Part shown: positions 7,005 to 15,718 of the stretch, in pieces
Position numbering within the stretch: the stretch's first letter is position 1
Layout: every line of letters begins with the position of its first letter
Origin: a virus
IMG/VR virus record: IMGVR_UViG_3300037628_000218
Coordinates: 1-64,000 of that record
Direction: 5' to 3' (one strand)
Length of the DNA stretch: 64,000 nt
Position numbers and translations under genes: made by a program
The notes under the pieces: model-generated
The model's input: the letters and a program-made list of their open reading frames with translations, nothing else
Told to the model about the DNA's origin: nothing
The model's database searches: none

Positions 7005-7292
7005 GAGTTTTGCTCTACGCCTTGTTAGTGCAGCTCGTAACATGAGAAACGGGACATACGTTACAGGTATTGACACAATTAAAACTAGAGAGAATAATTG
7101 TTGAGCCAATACTTTCAGGTCAACAGAATCCAATATGGCGCGATTAAACTCACCCACTTGTATTCTAATTTCTGCTATAAAACTTCTGCTTACTGTAGCA
7201 AGAACACTGCTACCATTTTTATCAAACCGATCATTTTTACAAGCGCGCTCAAACTCTTTCTTTTTAAATTCTTCATATGTCATTTTATTCAT
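6948..7292 (-). CDS. Hypothetical membrane protein whose 3' end runs into the repeats
   Basis: AGGTG RBS and a hydrophobic segment. Confidence 0.55.
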   Translation of the reverse strand: MNKMTYEEFKKKEFERACKNDRFDKNGSSVLATVSRSFIAEIRIQVGEFNRAILDSVDLKVLAQQLFSLVLIVSIPVTYVPFLMLRAALTRRRAKLTSFFIFELAHFHDSRAFS

Positions 7293-7300
7293 GTAATCAC

Positions 7301-7468
7301 CTATTTAATTAAAGATATATCAGCCTTTCTGCTTAGCTTTTTATCTTGATACTTCCAGCCGCTTAACCACTGTGTGCGCTGTGGGCTTTCGTGCCAATAA
7401 CTGCAATTTTCAGAACTACAGTTATTGCTTCTAGCCTGCCTGCCTTCACTGAATATATTGTTTTTCAT
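7301..7468 (-). CDS. Ribosome modulation factor (Rmf/CrpP-fold)-like protein, 55 aa (not in the ORF track)
   Basis: FSEGRQARSNNCSSENCSYWHESPQRTQWLSGW aligns with RMF GYQAGIAGRSKEMCPYQ..QRSQWLGGW; GGGGAG RBS. Confidence 0.7.
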   Translation of the reverse strand: MKNNIFSEGRQARSNNCSSENCSYWHESPQRTQWLSGWKYQDKKLSRKADISLIK

Positions 7469-7573
7469 GCTAACTCCCCATTGATTTGTTAATGCTGCTA
7501 ATTGCCTGCTTCCTACGCTTGATAGTTAGCTGATCTCCAAGCTAGTTCGTTCAGAAGCAGGAGCTTAGTAACT

Positions 7574-8086
7574 CTAGTCTTCCAGTGTCCATTGTAAACC
7601 TTTCTGGACTATACCATGATCTCGTATAGAACGTAGGACTGCAAGAGCAATGCCAATATCGTTGCGACCTGATAAACGGGAAGTCTCAATATCGTGGACA
7701 ATCTTGAAAAACGCTTCTTGCTCAATAGTGATGCTAATATCCTCCCAACCAGTACCAGCACGTTTAAGGTAACCTTGGCCTCCATCTACGGAACATGCAC
7801 CACACTTACAGGTAACATAATCATGACGGTGAGCTGAGTAGATAGAGTCCCCGCAAGCCTTACATATGATCTGGTTAGATGCTATGTACATGTCTCGCTC
7901 TTGTTCTTTAATTCTCCAAAGCCCTTGTTTAACATTAAACAAAACTGACGAGAGGTTGTAGTCAATACTAGATTCCTCCCAGCTAACTAAGTATTCTTCT
8001 CTATCTTTATCTAGTACTGCTGTGTACACAGTAGGGTCTTCCCACTCTAAACTGTGCGTAAACTCGAACTTATCTGGTAACTTCAT
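7574..8086 (-). CDS. Hypothetical Zn-binding protein
   Basis: CKAC..SAHRHDYVTCKCG..VDGG motif. Confidence 0.7.
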   Translation of the reverse strand: MKLPDKFEFTHSLEWEDPTVYTAVLDKDREEYLVSWEESSIDYNLSSVLFNVKQGLWRIKEQERDMYIASNQIICKACGDSIYSAHRHDYVTCKCGACSVDGGQGYLKRAGTGWEDISITIEQEAFFKIVHDIETSRLSGRNDIGIALAVLRSIRDHGIVQKGLQWTLED

Positions 8087-8087
8087 A

Positions 8088-8333
8088 CTAATTCTCCTGT
8101 TTAGGTTGCTTTACCACATTCTTGCGGTAGAAAGTATCTTTGCCCCCGTTAGAGGCTGTACACTCAACTGTGAAGCCCAAGGGTGTCACTCTTATGATCT
8201 CACATTTAGCCAAACGGTGTGTACGAGGGAATATGCAAGCTACAGTATCTCCTACTTCTACAGGTGCTCCAAAAAAGTCTAACCCATGAGTTTGCATTGT
8301 GATACCTCCTTGCCCCATACTATTAACCCCCAA
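8088..8333 (-). CDS. Hypothetical protein
   Basis: ORF track. Confidence 0.55.
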   Translation of the reverse strand: MGVNSMGQGGITMQTHGLDFFGAPVEVGDTVACIFPRTHRLAKCEIIRVTPLGFTVECTASNGGKDTFYRKNVVKQPKQEN

Positions 8334-9058
8334 TTTCTAGTTAAAAGAAATCGAGCTTTGTCTTCTACTTCTTTAAATTTACCCAACTCGATAGCTTCTA
8401 CCTTACTTCTAACCGCACCAGCCCTAATAAAGTTTCTACGCTTAACAAAAGTACCTTCTTTAAAGAAACGTGGATACTCATTCCAGTTTATACCTTTTTC
8501 TAGGAGCATGTCAAGGCGGTCTGCTCTACCTTTACCTTGTAGCTCCTTGTGAGAGGAAACTGAGCTAGCTGCCATAGACACACTGTTCTTAGTAGCATCA
8601 TTAACTCTCCATAAAAAAGTGTTAGCCAGCTCTTCATCATTAGGGAGCTGGAAGACTCGACAATCAAAAGTTGGTAGTGCCTTAGTACATTTTTCAGGCC
8701 ATTCCTTTAGCGCGATTGCTACAAACTTAGCTGTTGCCATTGCTGCTAAAGTAGATACCATCTTTTGTATCTTACCTCCAAAGAAGATCTCAGATTTGTA
8801 ATCCTCTTGCTTCCAGCATAAACTAATTTCATCGCTTTGGCAGTAACCTGTAAGTGCTCCGCTATTCTCTACAAGATACTTGGTAACCTCAGTCATAGCA
8901 TCAGACATAGCAGCATCGTAAGGTCTCTCCATACCTTTTGTAAATCTGCTGAAACCTCTACCATCAAGACGAGCGTATACAGGTAAGTAAGGTAGAAACT
9001 TCCTACCCGTTTCCCGTTGTTCATAGCCCTTCATGCGATCTCCCATTTCATCTACCAT
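8279..9058 (-). CDS. thg1: Thg1-like (tRNA-His guanylyltransferase / 3'-5' polymerase) protein
   Basis: RLDGRGFSRFT, YCQSDEISL, FDCRVF and WR..DATKNS motifs. Confidence 0.92.
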   Translation of the reverse strand: MVDEMGDRMKGYEQRETGRKFLPYLPVYARLDGRGFSRFTKGMERPYDAAMSDAMTEVTKYLVENSGALTGYCQSDEISLCWKQEDYKSEIFFGGKIQKMVSTLAAMATAKFVAIALKEWPEKCTKALPTFDCRVFQLPNDEELANTFLWRVNDATKNSVSMAASSVSSHKELQGKGRADRLDMLLEKGINWNEYPRFFKEGTFVKRRNFIRAGAVRSKVEAIELGKFKEVEDKARFLLTRNWGLIVWGKEVSQCKLMG

Positions 9059-9248
9059 TCTCTCCTCCTCTCTTTTAGGACAATTTTATGCGCTTAACAC
9101 TACACAACTACCTTTTTGCTGAATATTGAATTTAAAACATGGCTAGATTCAGCTGCCAATTTTTCGTTTTCTATCAGCTCTAGCAGCACAGGGCGGTAAT
9201 GGTCTCCCTCTTTTCCCCTGGCAGCAACGCCAGCCCATGTACTCAGGG

Positions 9249-9479
9249 TTATGTGCCGTAAAATTCCTTTCTTGCGTTCTTTATCATGTCTACCTGTTCT
9301 TCTTCACCTGCGTTATCGAACAACACAAGAGTGTAATTCCATTCTGTTTTCTCTTGAGCCTCGTTAAACTTAGTATCAATACTTATCCTGGCTTCAAGCT
9401 CTAATATATATTTATCCTGTCTATCAACCTGAGCTTGCAGCTCTTGAATATGTTTCATTGCGTCCCCTCCTAATTGCAT
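9249..9479 (-). CDS. Hypothetical protein
   Basis: ORF; probable start at MKHIQ. Confidence 0.55.
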   Translation of the reverse strand: MQLGGDAMKHIQELQAQVDRQDKYILELEARISIDTKFNEAQEKTEWNYTLVLFDNAGEEEQVDMIKNARKEFYGT

Positions 9480-9554
9480 TAATCTGTTCTATGCGTATCC
9501 TATCGCCAATCTTAACACCTGTCAAGCCCTTTTCAACACACTCCTCCACCCCTG

Positions 9555-9758
9555 TTAGGGGGCTATCCCTGTATCCCATACATATGTGTATAGGCCATCT
9601 TCACCCATGCACGCATCAGCAACAACTTTGTCGTACTTTTCTTCTGCTAGTATCCGCACAATTTGGTCTATTACCCAGTCTTTATGATGTGATCCGTCAA
9701 TTCCACCGTACTCTACAGCAAACTCAATAGCTTTGTCAATTTTATCTTTATCGGTCAT
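9555..9758 (-). CDS. Small protein with a GGIDGSHHKDWVIDQ motif
   Basis: Compact ORF with GAGG RBS and a motif-like core. Confidence 0.75.
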   Translation of the reverse strand: MTDKDKIDKAIEFAVEYGGIDGSHHKDWVIDQIVRILAEEKYDKVVADACMGEDGLYTYVWDTGIAP

Positions 9759-9827
9759 GATATTACCCTCTTTATTTTCAGTTATCCCAGTGTTTCGTAA
9801 AAAATGTAATACTAGCTTATGCAGACA

Positions 9828-10031
9828 TCACAGATAAACCTCTGCCAAGACCTTACAGTCATTTATAGTTGATCGTGTATACATTGGTGCAGTTGAAGTC
9901 TCTCCCAGGTAAAGGTGGTAGCTTAAACCTCCAGGAGACTTCCTAATTATCCAAGTAACACTACCAGACCCTACACTTTTAGTTCCGATGGCTACTACGC
10001 CATTCTTTCGTGTGTTCTTCCAGCTTATCAT
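9828..10031 (-). CDS. Hypothetical protein
   Basis: ORF coupled to the upstream gene. Confidence 0.55.
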   Translation of the reverse strand: MISWKNTRKNGVVAIGTKSVGSGSVTWIIRKSPGGLSYHLYLGETSTAPMYTRSTINDCKVLAEVYL

Positions 10032-10261
10032 CAGTACCCCCGTTTTCCTATCACACTAAAGTTTGGGTTACCCTTACCATCCATCATCACATCACCTATA
10101 ATACTGTTTGTTCCATCTACTGTGACATAGAAGTTGTTACGCCTCAAAACTGCAATACAGTGGTTAATATCTTCTAAGTTAGGTTGGTATCCTTCTTCTT
10201 TAACTTTATCCATGTACTCTTGGACTAACTGCTTCGCTTCTTCAACTGTTATTATAGACAT
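10031..10261 (-). CDS. Hypothetical protein
   Basis: AAGGAG RBS and an upstream promoter. Confidence 0.65.
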   Translation of the reverse strand: MSIITVEEAKQLVQEYMDKVKEEGYQPNLEDINHCIAVLRRNNFYVTVDGTNSIIGDVMMDGKGNPNFSVIGKRGY

Positions 10262-10337
10262 GTAGAATCTCCTTTATTTGTGTGTACCCATAATAACAAA
10301 ACCCCTCAACAGAAGTCAAGGGGTTTCTTAAAGCACC

Positions 10338-11192
10338 TTACCAGCTATCTAAGTAAGTGCTAGTTTTATCAGTTACAGCTTCTATAACTTTGTACTCGCA
10401 TACAGGATCCTTGTTATCATTATAGGTGGGTACTGCAACGAAGTCCTTAGACTTCACAATAACCTTTAGAGTACGCCCTGAAATATCCTGAAGCTTAATG
10501 CCAATTGAAACGTTCATCAGGGTATGGGCTACAGCAAACTCTTCATCTATGACAGCTTGGCGAACCTCTACAAAGTTAGGGCTGCCAGGTGTTACGGTCT
10601 CTGAGACACCGTTAATAGATAGTGTTACAGCGTCATTAGTTATCATGAAGTTAACCTTATCGGTAGACTCCTCACAAGGTTCTGGCCCTTCCTCCTCGGT
10701 CTCTGAAGCTTCAGGTGAGTCTGCTAAAATTAGCTCATTAGCGAATATCCAGCAGGTATCAGATAGCCCTCCTACCTCAAAAGAATTATCGGAAGGATCA
10801 TCGGATACTATGTCAAAAACTTCATTTGCGTCCAGTAAAGACTCATCAATGGTTTCGCACCCACCTACTCGGGAGGTATTTGAGGAAGGGTCTAGTAACC
10901 TAACCTTTTTCCCAATTGATGACCGATTAAAGTCTAGTGGAACAGGAGCCTTTTCTATCAGCTCTAAATCTCCAGCACTGAGCCAGAATGTTTTCTTCTT
11001 AAACTTAACCTCTACCTCAGCTTCTTCACAATGACCACCAAAAGCACAAGTACCAGCAGGGTAAAACTCGGTGACTATACCCTCTCGTGGGAACCTAAAA
11101 TATTTCTGCTTCTTTCTACCAGCTCCCAGGCATGAAGGCTCAGTATAAGCTAAGCTGGATACACGAACCTTATCATTAACTCTAAAATTCAT
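10338..11192 (-). CDS. rIIB: rIIB-like protein with a large internal deletion
   Basis: VTLSINGVSETVTPGSPNF..MNV and RTLKVIVKSKDFVAVP..CEYKVIEAV match the ends of the T4 rIIB conserved domain; the core is absent. Confidence 0.65.
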   Translation of the reverse strand: MNFRVNDKVRVSSLAYTEPSCLGAGRKKQKYFRFPREGIVTEFYPAGTCAFGGHCEEAEVEVKFKKKTFWLSAGDLELIEKAPVPLDFNRSSIGKKVRLLDPSSNTSRVGGCETIDESLLDANEVFDIVSDDPSDNSFEVGGLSDTCWIFANELILADSPEASETEEEGPEPCEESTDKVNFMITNDAVTLSINGVSETVTPGSPNFVEVRQAVIDEEFAVAHTLMNVSIGIKLQDISGRTLKVIVKSKDFVAVPTYNDNKDPVCEYKVIEAVTDKTSTYLDSW

Positions 11193-11210
11193 TTCCGATC
11201 TCCTTTACAT

Positions 11211-11250
11211 TTAAGTTGTAGCTAGTATACACGAACTAACCGTAAGTCAA
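11211..11250 (-). promoter_or_regulatory. Promoter cassette
   Basis: TTGACT..GTGTATACT AGCTACAACTTAA. Confidence 0.7.
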
Positions 11251-11265
11251 GCTTGTATCACAACT

Positions 11266-11297
11266 AAAAACAGGCTCACCTGAGATAGGCAAGCCTG
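11266..11297 (-). terminator. Intrinsic terminator
   Basis: CAGGCT..AGCCTG stem followed by TTTTT. Confidence 0.6.
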
Positions 11298-11308
11298 CTA
11301 CGTTTAGG

Positions 11309-11692
11309 CTACAGTAACTTCTGTAACTCTTCTATACTTTTACCCGCTAACACTTCGTCTTGCTTGTTTGCAATCAGGCCAAGGATACGATCTGTTTGGG
11401 CCTTCTTAGTAGAGGCTTCTACCTTGCTCTTACCTTCTGCAACCTTAAAGTCAAGAATGTACTTAACTATATCAAACTTCAACTTTGTAGCTGCACTCCC
11501 TTTGTTAACCACGTCTACAAAACTAAGTTGTCTACTCTCATTTACAGCCTTGTTAAGCTTAATAGCTAAGCCATCCAGAGATACACCACGCGCAGAAGTT
11601 AGTGGTAAGTCCCACAAGTCTTCAACTGTTATGCTACCTTTTGCTGATTCCCAACGTAGCTTACTCTTAGCTGCCTGTTCAAAAATATTCAT
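11309..11692 (-). CDS. Helical hypothetical protein, partner of the 669-aa gene
   Basis: LRW.S.KG.ITVEDLWDLPL motif; AAGGAG RBS. Confidence 0.8.
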   Translation of the reverse strand: MNIFEQAAKSKLRWESAKGSITVEDLWDLPLTSARGVSLDGLAIKLNKAVNESRQLSFVDVVNKGSAATKLKFDIVKYILDFKVAEGKSKVEASTKKAQTDRILGLIANKQDEVLAGKSIEELQKLL

Positions 11693-11704
11693 ATTTGTTC
11701 TCCT

Positions 11705-13714
11705 TTAAAAGTTAACTTTAATAGTACGTTCAAACTTACCCGTAACCTTAAAATATACTGAGTTACGCTGTGTTGATGAGAAACCTAGTCCGCTTAACTG
11801 GTTATCAGACTCCTCTGTTTTCATCTTAGCCCCTAGCACTTCAAAGACCTTACGATGCTCATTAAGCTTTGGGCCTAAGAACTCATTATAGAAACCTCGT
11901 GAAGATCCCTCCTGCTTACAGCCTTCTATGATAAAGAACCAGTGCTTATTACCAGTGCTGTTACCATCCCAGTGGTTAGGGGAGTTCATAATCATATTCA
12001 CTTTCTGGAAATTCTGGGTGGATACTCCCCATACTTCCTTAACAGTTTCACTATTAGGTAATGAGTCTTTCAAAGTAAACCCACCTTTCCTAGTGAAGTT
12101 AACAGTAGCGATGTCCACATACTCCCCGCTACGCATAAGCTTGACGTACTCATATGTATATATATGCCCATCAAATTCGATCTCCGCTGTGAAGCCCTTC
12201 CCTCCCCTGTGGCTGTAGTTGTTAACCATAAAACGGTAGTCTCCTTCTGGCATACAATCGGTATCTGCATATATAATATTCTCTACAGCTACTCCATCAC
12301 CAGGCGTCATAATGTCAACATCTAACATTCCCGACGAGGCGTGAAGTCTACCTTTATTACCGAAGTAGATACGATGATCGTTAGGCTCGTTGCAATGTGC
12401 ATCCAGATCGTTCGGATTATCCCCTTTGTCGTTCCATTGGATAGAGAAGCGTAACACCCCTTCTACCTTACCCCCAGCAGCTTTAACTCTATCTTTCATG
12501 GAGTCAGTTACTTCCCCATTATATGACCAAGAGAAGTTGTTATGCCATTTTAAGATATTCTTTGCATTCTCATTAACAGGAGCAATCAGGCTCATAAAGT
12601 TGTTACCATGCTTGTTCTCAACAAGAACTTCAATTCCTGTAGCGTTAGGTACAACATTATCAATAAAGGATTGTACACTTACTTCTTCAACCTTGTCCAG
12701 GTTCTTAGTTGGTGTACCAACCTCCTCCACTAGCTCATCAAAGACGTTCATAGTCTTTTTCGTAGCTCTATCAGCGAAGATAACATTGTTAATAGTTAGA
12801 TCTTCAGTAACTGCATAACGGCGGGATAGAGAATCCTCAATCCCTAACTCCTCAACTTTATCTTGCGCCTTTCTAATCATCCCTTTAGTGACAAGAGCTG
12901 TTGGGCGTTTGTAATTAGTAGGAGCAACCTTTTGTTCAAAGCTAGCAACAGCTGCATCTAGCTCACGTCCTTCTGATAAGTCTAATAGTAGACTACCAAT
13001 AACAGTGTTACGTATCTTAGCAGCACCTCCAAGCTTAGCGGACTCTGACCAGCAGAACAAGTCTTTGCCCTGACTAAGACCGTTATATGCTTTGAGCTGC
13101 TTAACAAACAAGGTTACAATACTTTTGTGCTCTTCTCCACGGTAGAGAGAGTTCTGGGCGATTAAGTCCAAAACAGTCTCAGCTGAGTCTAGTGTGAGAT
13201 CATCTAAGCTACGTTTAAAGACCTCTTTGTTACTACGTATCGTAGATAGGGTAGTAGCTATTGAGTCCTTACGTGCAATGAAAGGACTCCCAAGCTCAGC
13301 AGCTAAGTGTTCCCATGTTTGCACAAAAGAACCCGATAGCTGTTGGTGACTAAACTCAGTACCAACCTTTTTCTCATAGTGTAGGAATGAGTCCCTTACC
13401 TTTCCACCCTTAACTAGCTCAGACATAGCATCTGCAACAACTTGAAAGTGACCACCAACTTTGATGTCCCAAACGGAAACCATCTTGTTATCTTTAATGG
13501 TTACTAGCCTGCCGACAATTCTAATAAACTGTTTGCAGCAGTTACAGTCGTGTTCACGGCGTACTTTATAGATCTCGTTTGTACCTTCTGGGAAGCTATC
13601 TAAGTAGGTGTTCCATAGAACATCCTTAGGTATATCCACAACGTAAAGTCCAGAGTCTTGCATTACTTGTAGTTGGTTCTGTAACGCTACTCTTAGCGGT
13701 GTAATTAATGTCAT
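11705..13714 (-). CDS. Large hypothetical protein with an HDCxCC motif and a YfaP/DUF2135-like domain
   Basis: HDCNCCKQF; DLDAH..LDVD..VENI. Confidence 0.8.
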   Translation of the reverse strand: MTLITPLRVALQNQLQVMQDSGLYVVDIPKDVLWNTYLDSFPEGTNEIYKVRREHDCNCCKQFIRIVGRLVTIKDNKMVSVWDIKVGGHFQVVADAMSELVKGGKVRDSFLHYEKKVGTEFSHQQLSGSFVQTWEHLAAELGSPFIARKDSIATTLSTIRSNKEVFKRSLDDLTLDSAETVLDLIAQNSLYRGEEHKSIVTLFVKQLKAYNGLSQGKDLFCWSESAKLGGAAKIRNTVIGSLLLDLSEGRELDAAVASFEQKVAPTNYKRPTALVTKGMIRKAQDKVEELGIEDSLSRRYAVTEDLTINNVIFADRATKKTMNVFDELVEEVGTPTKNLDKVEEVSVQSFIDNVVPNATGIEVLVENKHGNNFMSLIAPVNENAKNILKWHNNFSWSYNGEVTDSMKDRVKAAGGKVEGVLRFSIQWNDKGDNPNDLDAHCNEPNDHRIYFGNKGRLHASSGMLDVDIMTPGDGVAVENIIYADTDCMPEGDYRFMVNNYSHRGGKGFTAEIEFDGHIYTYEYVKLMRSGEYVDIATVNFTRKGGFTLKDSLPNSETVKEVWGVSTQNFQKVNMIMNSPNHWDGNSTGNKHWFFIIEGCKQEGSSRGFYNEFLGPKLNEHRKVFEVLGAKMKTEESDNQLSGLGFSSTQRNSVYFKVTGKFERTIKVNF

Positions 13715-13733
13715 AGTAGTCTCTCCGTTCTGT

Positions 13734-13774
13734 TTAAGTTGTAGCTAGTATACACGAGCTAGAGCTAAGGTCAA
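13734..13774 (-). promoter_or_regulatory. Promoter cassette
   Basis: TTGACC..GTGTATACT AGCTACAACTTAA; near-copy of 11211-11250. Confidence 0.75.
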
Positions 13775-13792
13775 GCTTTACTTTTAAGGTTC

Positions 13793-14128
13793 TTATTTAT
13801 ACCTAGCTGGGGTGGTTAGTCCTGGGAGCCTTCTTTTAGGGGTTGTTCGCACAGTATAGATAAGGGCATCTAAACACTGGCTATCCCAGTGGGCCTTTGA
13901 GGGGTATCTAACATCCTCAAGTTTACTACGATATAAGTTATTAACTAAATCCATAGTGGGTATAGGGTTGTACTCGTCTATAACGCTAGCGAGGAGACTA
14001 ACTATATGATTAGTCTCCACATCATAATTCAACCCTCGTGCGTAATACCTGCGATATATAGAACGCAACCTTACCCATGCAACCTCAGTTTTACACGCTC
14101 TAATTAAGAGTTGAGTTAATGTGTCCAT
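13793..14128 (-). CDS. Hypothetical protein
   Basis: ORF track. Confidence 0.65.
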   Translation of the reverse strand: MDTLTQLLIRACKTEVAWVRLRSIYRRYYARGLNYDVETNHIVSLLASVIDEYNPIPTMDLVNNLYRSKLEDVRYPSKAHWDSQCLDALIYTVRTTPKRRLPGLTTPARYK

Positions 14129-14129
14129 C

Positions 14130-14474
14130 CTACTCTCCTGTACAATTAGTTATGATGTTAAAAGCAATGTCGCAGTCGTCTTCTACGCTACTCTCCATCT
14201 TACCTTGTATATACTTTATAAGCTCTGAACCTAATAGTGCTTTATTCAGAGTTTTATTATACGCTACTAGGCAAGCTTCTACCTGATTGTAAATAGTGAG
14301 ACTGCTGTACTCCTTCCATGAAAGAGCAGTAACAGCATCTTTCCAGTTATTAAATTGAATTAGAGTCATCCAGGTATCACCACCATTTATAGAGTAGTCG
14401 TAAGCTAATCCACGTACATAGTAGGGGACGTTTTGAGGTACAGCCTCTTTACGTGTTATTTTAATATCGTGCAT
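14130..14474 (-). CDS. Hypothetical protein
   Basis: ORF track. Confidence 0.65.
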   Translation of the reverse strand: MHDIKITRKEAVPQNVPYYVRGLAYDYSINGGDTWMTLIQFNNWKDAVTALSWKEYSSLTIYNQVEACLVAYNKTLNKALLGSELIKYIQGKMESSVEDDCDIAFNIITNCTGE

Positions 14475-14485
14475 AGTGTCACCTT

Positions 14486-14980
14486 CTACTGTTGGTAGAT
14501 TACAAGCTCAATGTCAATATCAGGGGTAACAAGGTCTATAATAGTGCTAATAGCTTGCCAATGTCCTCCAGCTAACCCTGCACCGATCATGGGGATACCT
14601 ACTACACGGTAGTCAGGTTCCTTAGCGTTTCGATCAATACTCGCTAGTAATGAGTTGAGACTCTTGAAAACTGTAGCTACAGCCTTGTAGTCTACAGCAT
14701 GCCCCCGTATTAGACGATCATAACCAAATTGAGTGTAACAGTTAAATATAAGAACATCAACTTCTGTATCGTGGAAGAAGGTATATTTTCCTAGCTTACT
14801 CATATCTCCACTCACAGTTGCTTGATCCGCTGCATAAGCCTCAGGCCATGCTTTAGCTATTTGAGGGGCTAAGCCACTACCCATGGCGTTTTTACAGTTA
14901 CAACCCTGTAGAATGGCTTTGTACTGGCCTGCTTGTGCTAGTTTTACGATGTTACCCTTAACTTCAGATACAATTGGCAT
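14486..14980 (-). CDS. Macrodomain (ADP-ribose binding/hydrolase) protein
   Basis: GNI..QGCNC..MGSGLA..NCYTQ..PMIGAGLAGGHW. Confidence 0.9.
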   Translation of the reverse strand: MPIVSEVKGNIVKLAQAGQYKAILQGCNCKNAMGSGLAPQIAKAWPEAYAADQATVSGDMSKLGKYTFFHDTEVDVLIFNCYTQFGYDRLIRGHAVDYKAVATVFKSLNSLLASIDRNAKEPDYRVVGIPMIGAGLAGGHWQAISTIIDLVTPDIDIELVIYQQ

Positions 14981-15026
14981 GTGATTATTCTCCTGTGATT
15001 TAAAATTAGTTTACCATGTCTAGTAA

Positions 15027-15203
15027 TTACTTAGAAGGGGAGCAGTCCCAACAGTACATTGTGTTTTCCAATACCTTACCCTCTTCAAACATCTTCATAG
15101 CCACTAGAATATCTTTACAGACTCTAGGGTCAGTTAAATCTTTACCAGGTATGGTGGAATTCCCTTCTTCCACTTTATCTTTCAAAAGTGCTACATAATC
15201 CAT
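15027..15203 (-). CDS. 58-aa hypothetical protein (not in the ORF track)
   Basis: GAGGA RBS; MDYVALLKDK...CWDCSPSK. Confidence 0.55.
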   Translation of the reverse strand: MDYVALLKDKVEEGNSTIPGKDLTDPRVCKDILVAMKMFEEGKVLENTMYCWDCSPSK

Positions 15204-15235
15204 ATCTTAATCCTCTTAAAGTATTCAAAAGCCCG

Positions 15236-15718
15236 CTACTCAACTAACTTAGGTCTGAATGGCTTACGTATGCTACCGCTTGGTTTAGGTTTATCCGTAG
15301 AGTGAACCAACTTAACCTTTGGCTCTTCTTTAACTGGTGGGGATTGTACCTCATTAGACTTATCTATGTCAAATGAAAAGTCTTGACACATCGTAGTATC
15401 CTCTTTAGCAAAGATACTAACTAAGGCTCCCCACGGCACAAATACATCGTTATGCACCCCACTAAACTTGGCCCCGAAGAATACTCCCTCCTCATTAACA
15501 TTGTAGGAAGCAAGAGCTTTACCTCCAAGGTTGAAAATTGTTAGCCCTTGGGGAGACTCATAGCTACGTGGGCCTTCAAACCCTGGGTGAGCAGTATATA
15601 CAGCTATCTGAGGGGTGTGACCTTCCGCACAGATATGTGTTAAACACTCATCGTACAAGCTTGCTTTAATCTTAGGAAACCTTGTCATTGACATACTGTG
15701 TACTCCTCTTAAAATCAT
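15236..15718 (-). CDS. sspB: SspB-like ClpXP adaptor
   Basis: TPQIAV..IFNL..GVFFGAKFSG..VFVPWGALVSIFAKE matches the SspB fold; tail ends in RPKLVE. Confidence 0.8.
   Translation of the reverse strand: MILRGVHSMSMTRFPKIKASLYDECLTHICAEGHTPQIAVYTAHPGFEGPRSYESPQGLTIFNLGGKALASYNVNEEGVFFGAKFSGVHNDVFVPWGALVSIFAKEDTTMCQDFSFDIDKSNEVQSPPVKEEPKVKLVHSTDKPKPSGSIRKPFRPKLVE

Noticed and set aside
9075-9248. Possible small gene between the Thg1-like gene and ORF 9249
   Set aside because: Only short fragments in two frames, without a clear start
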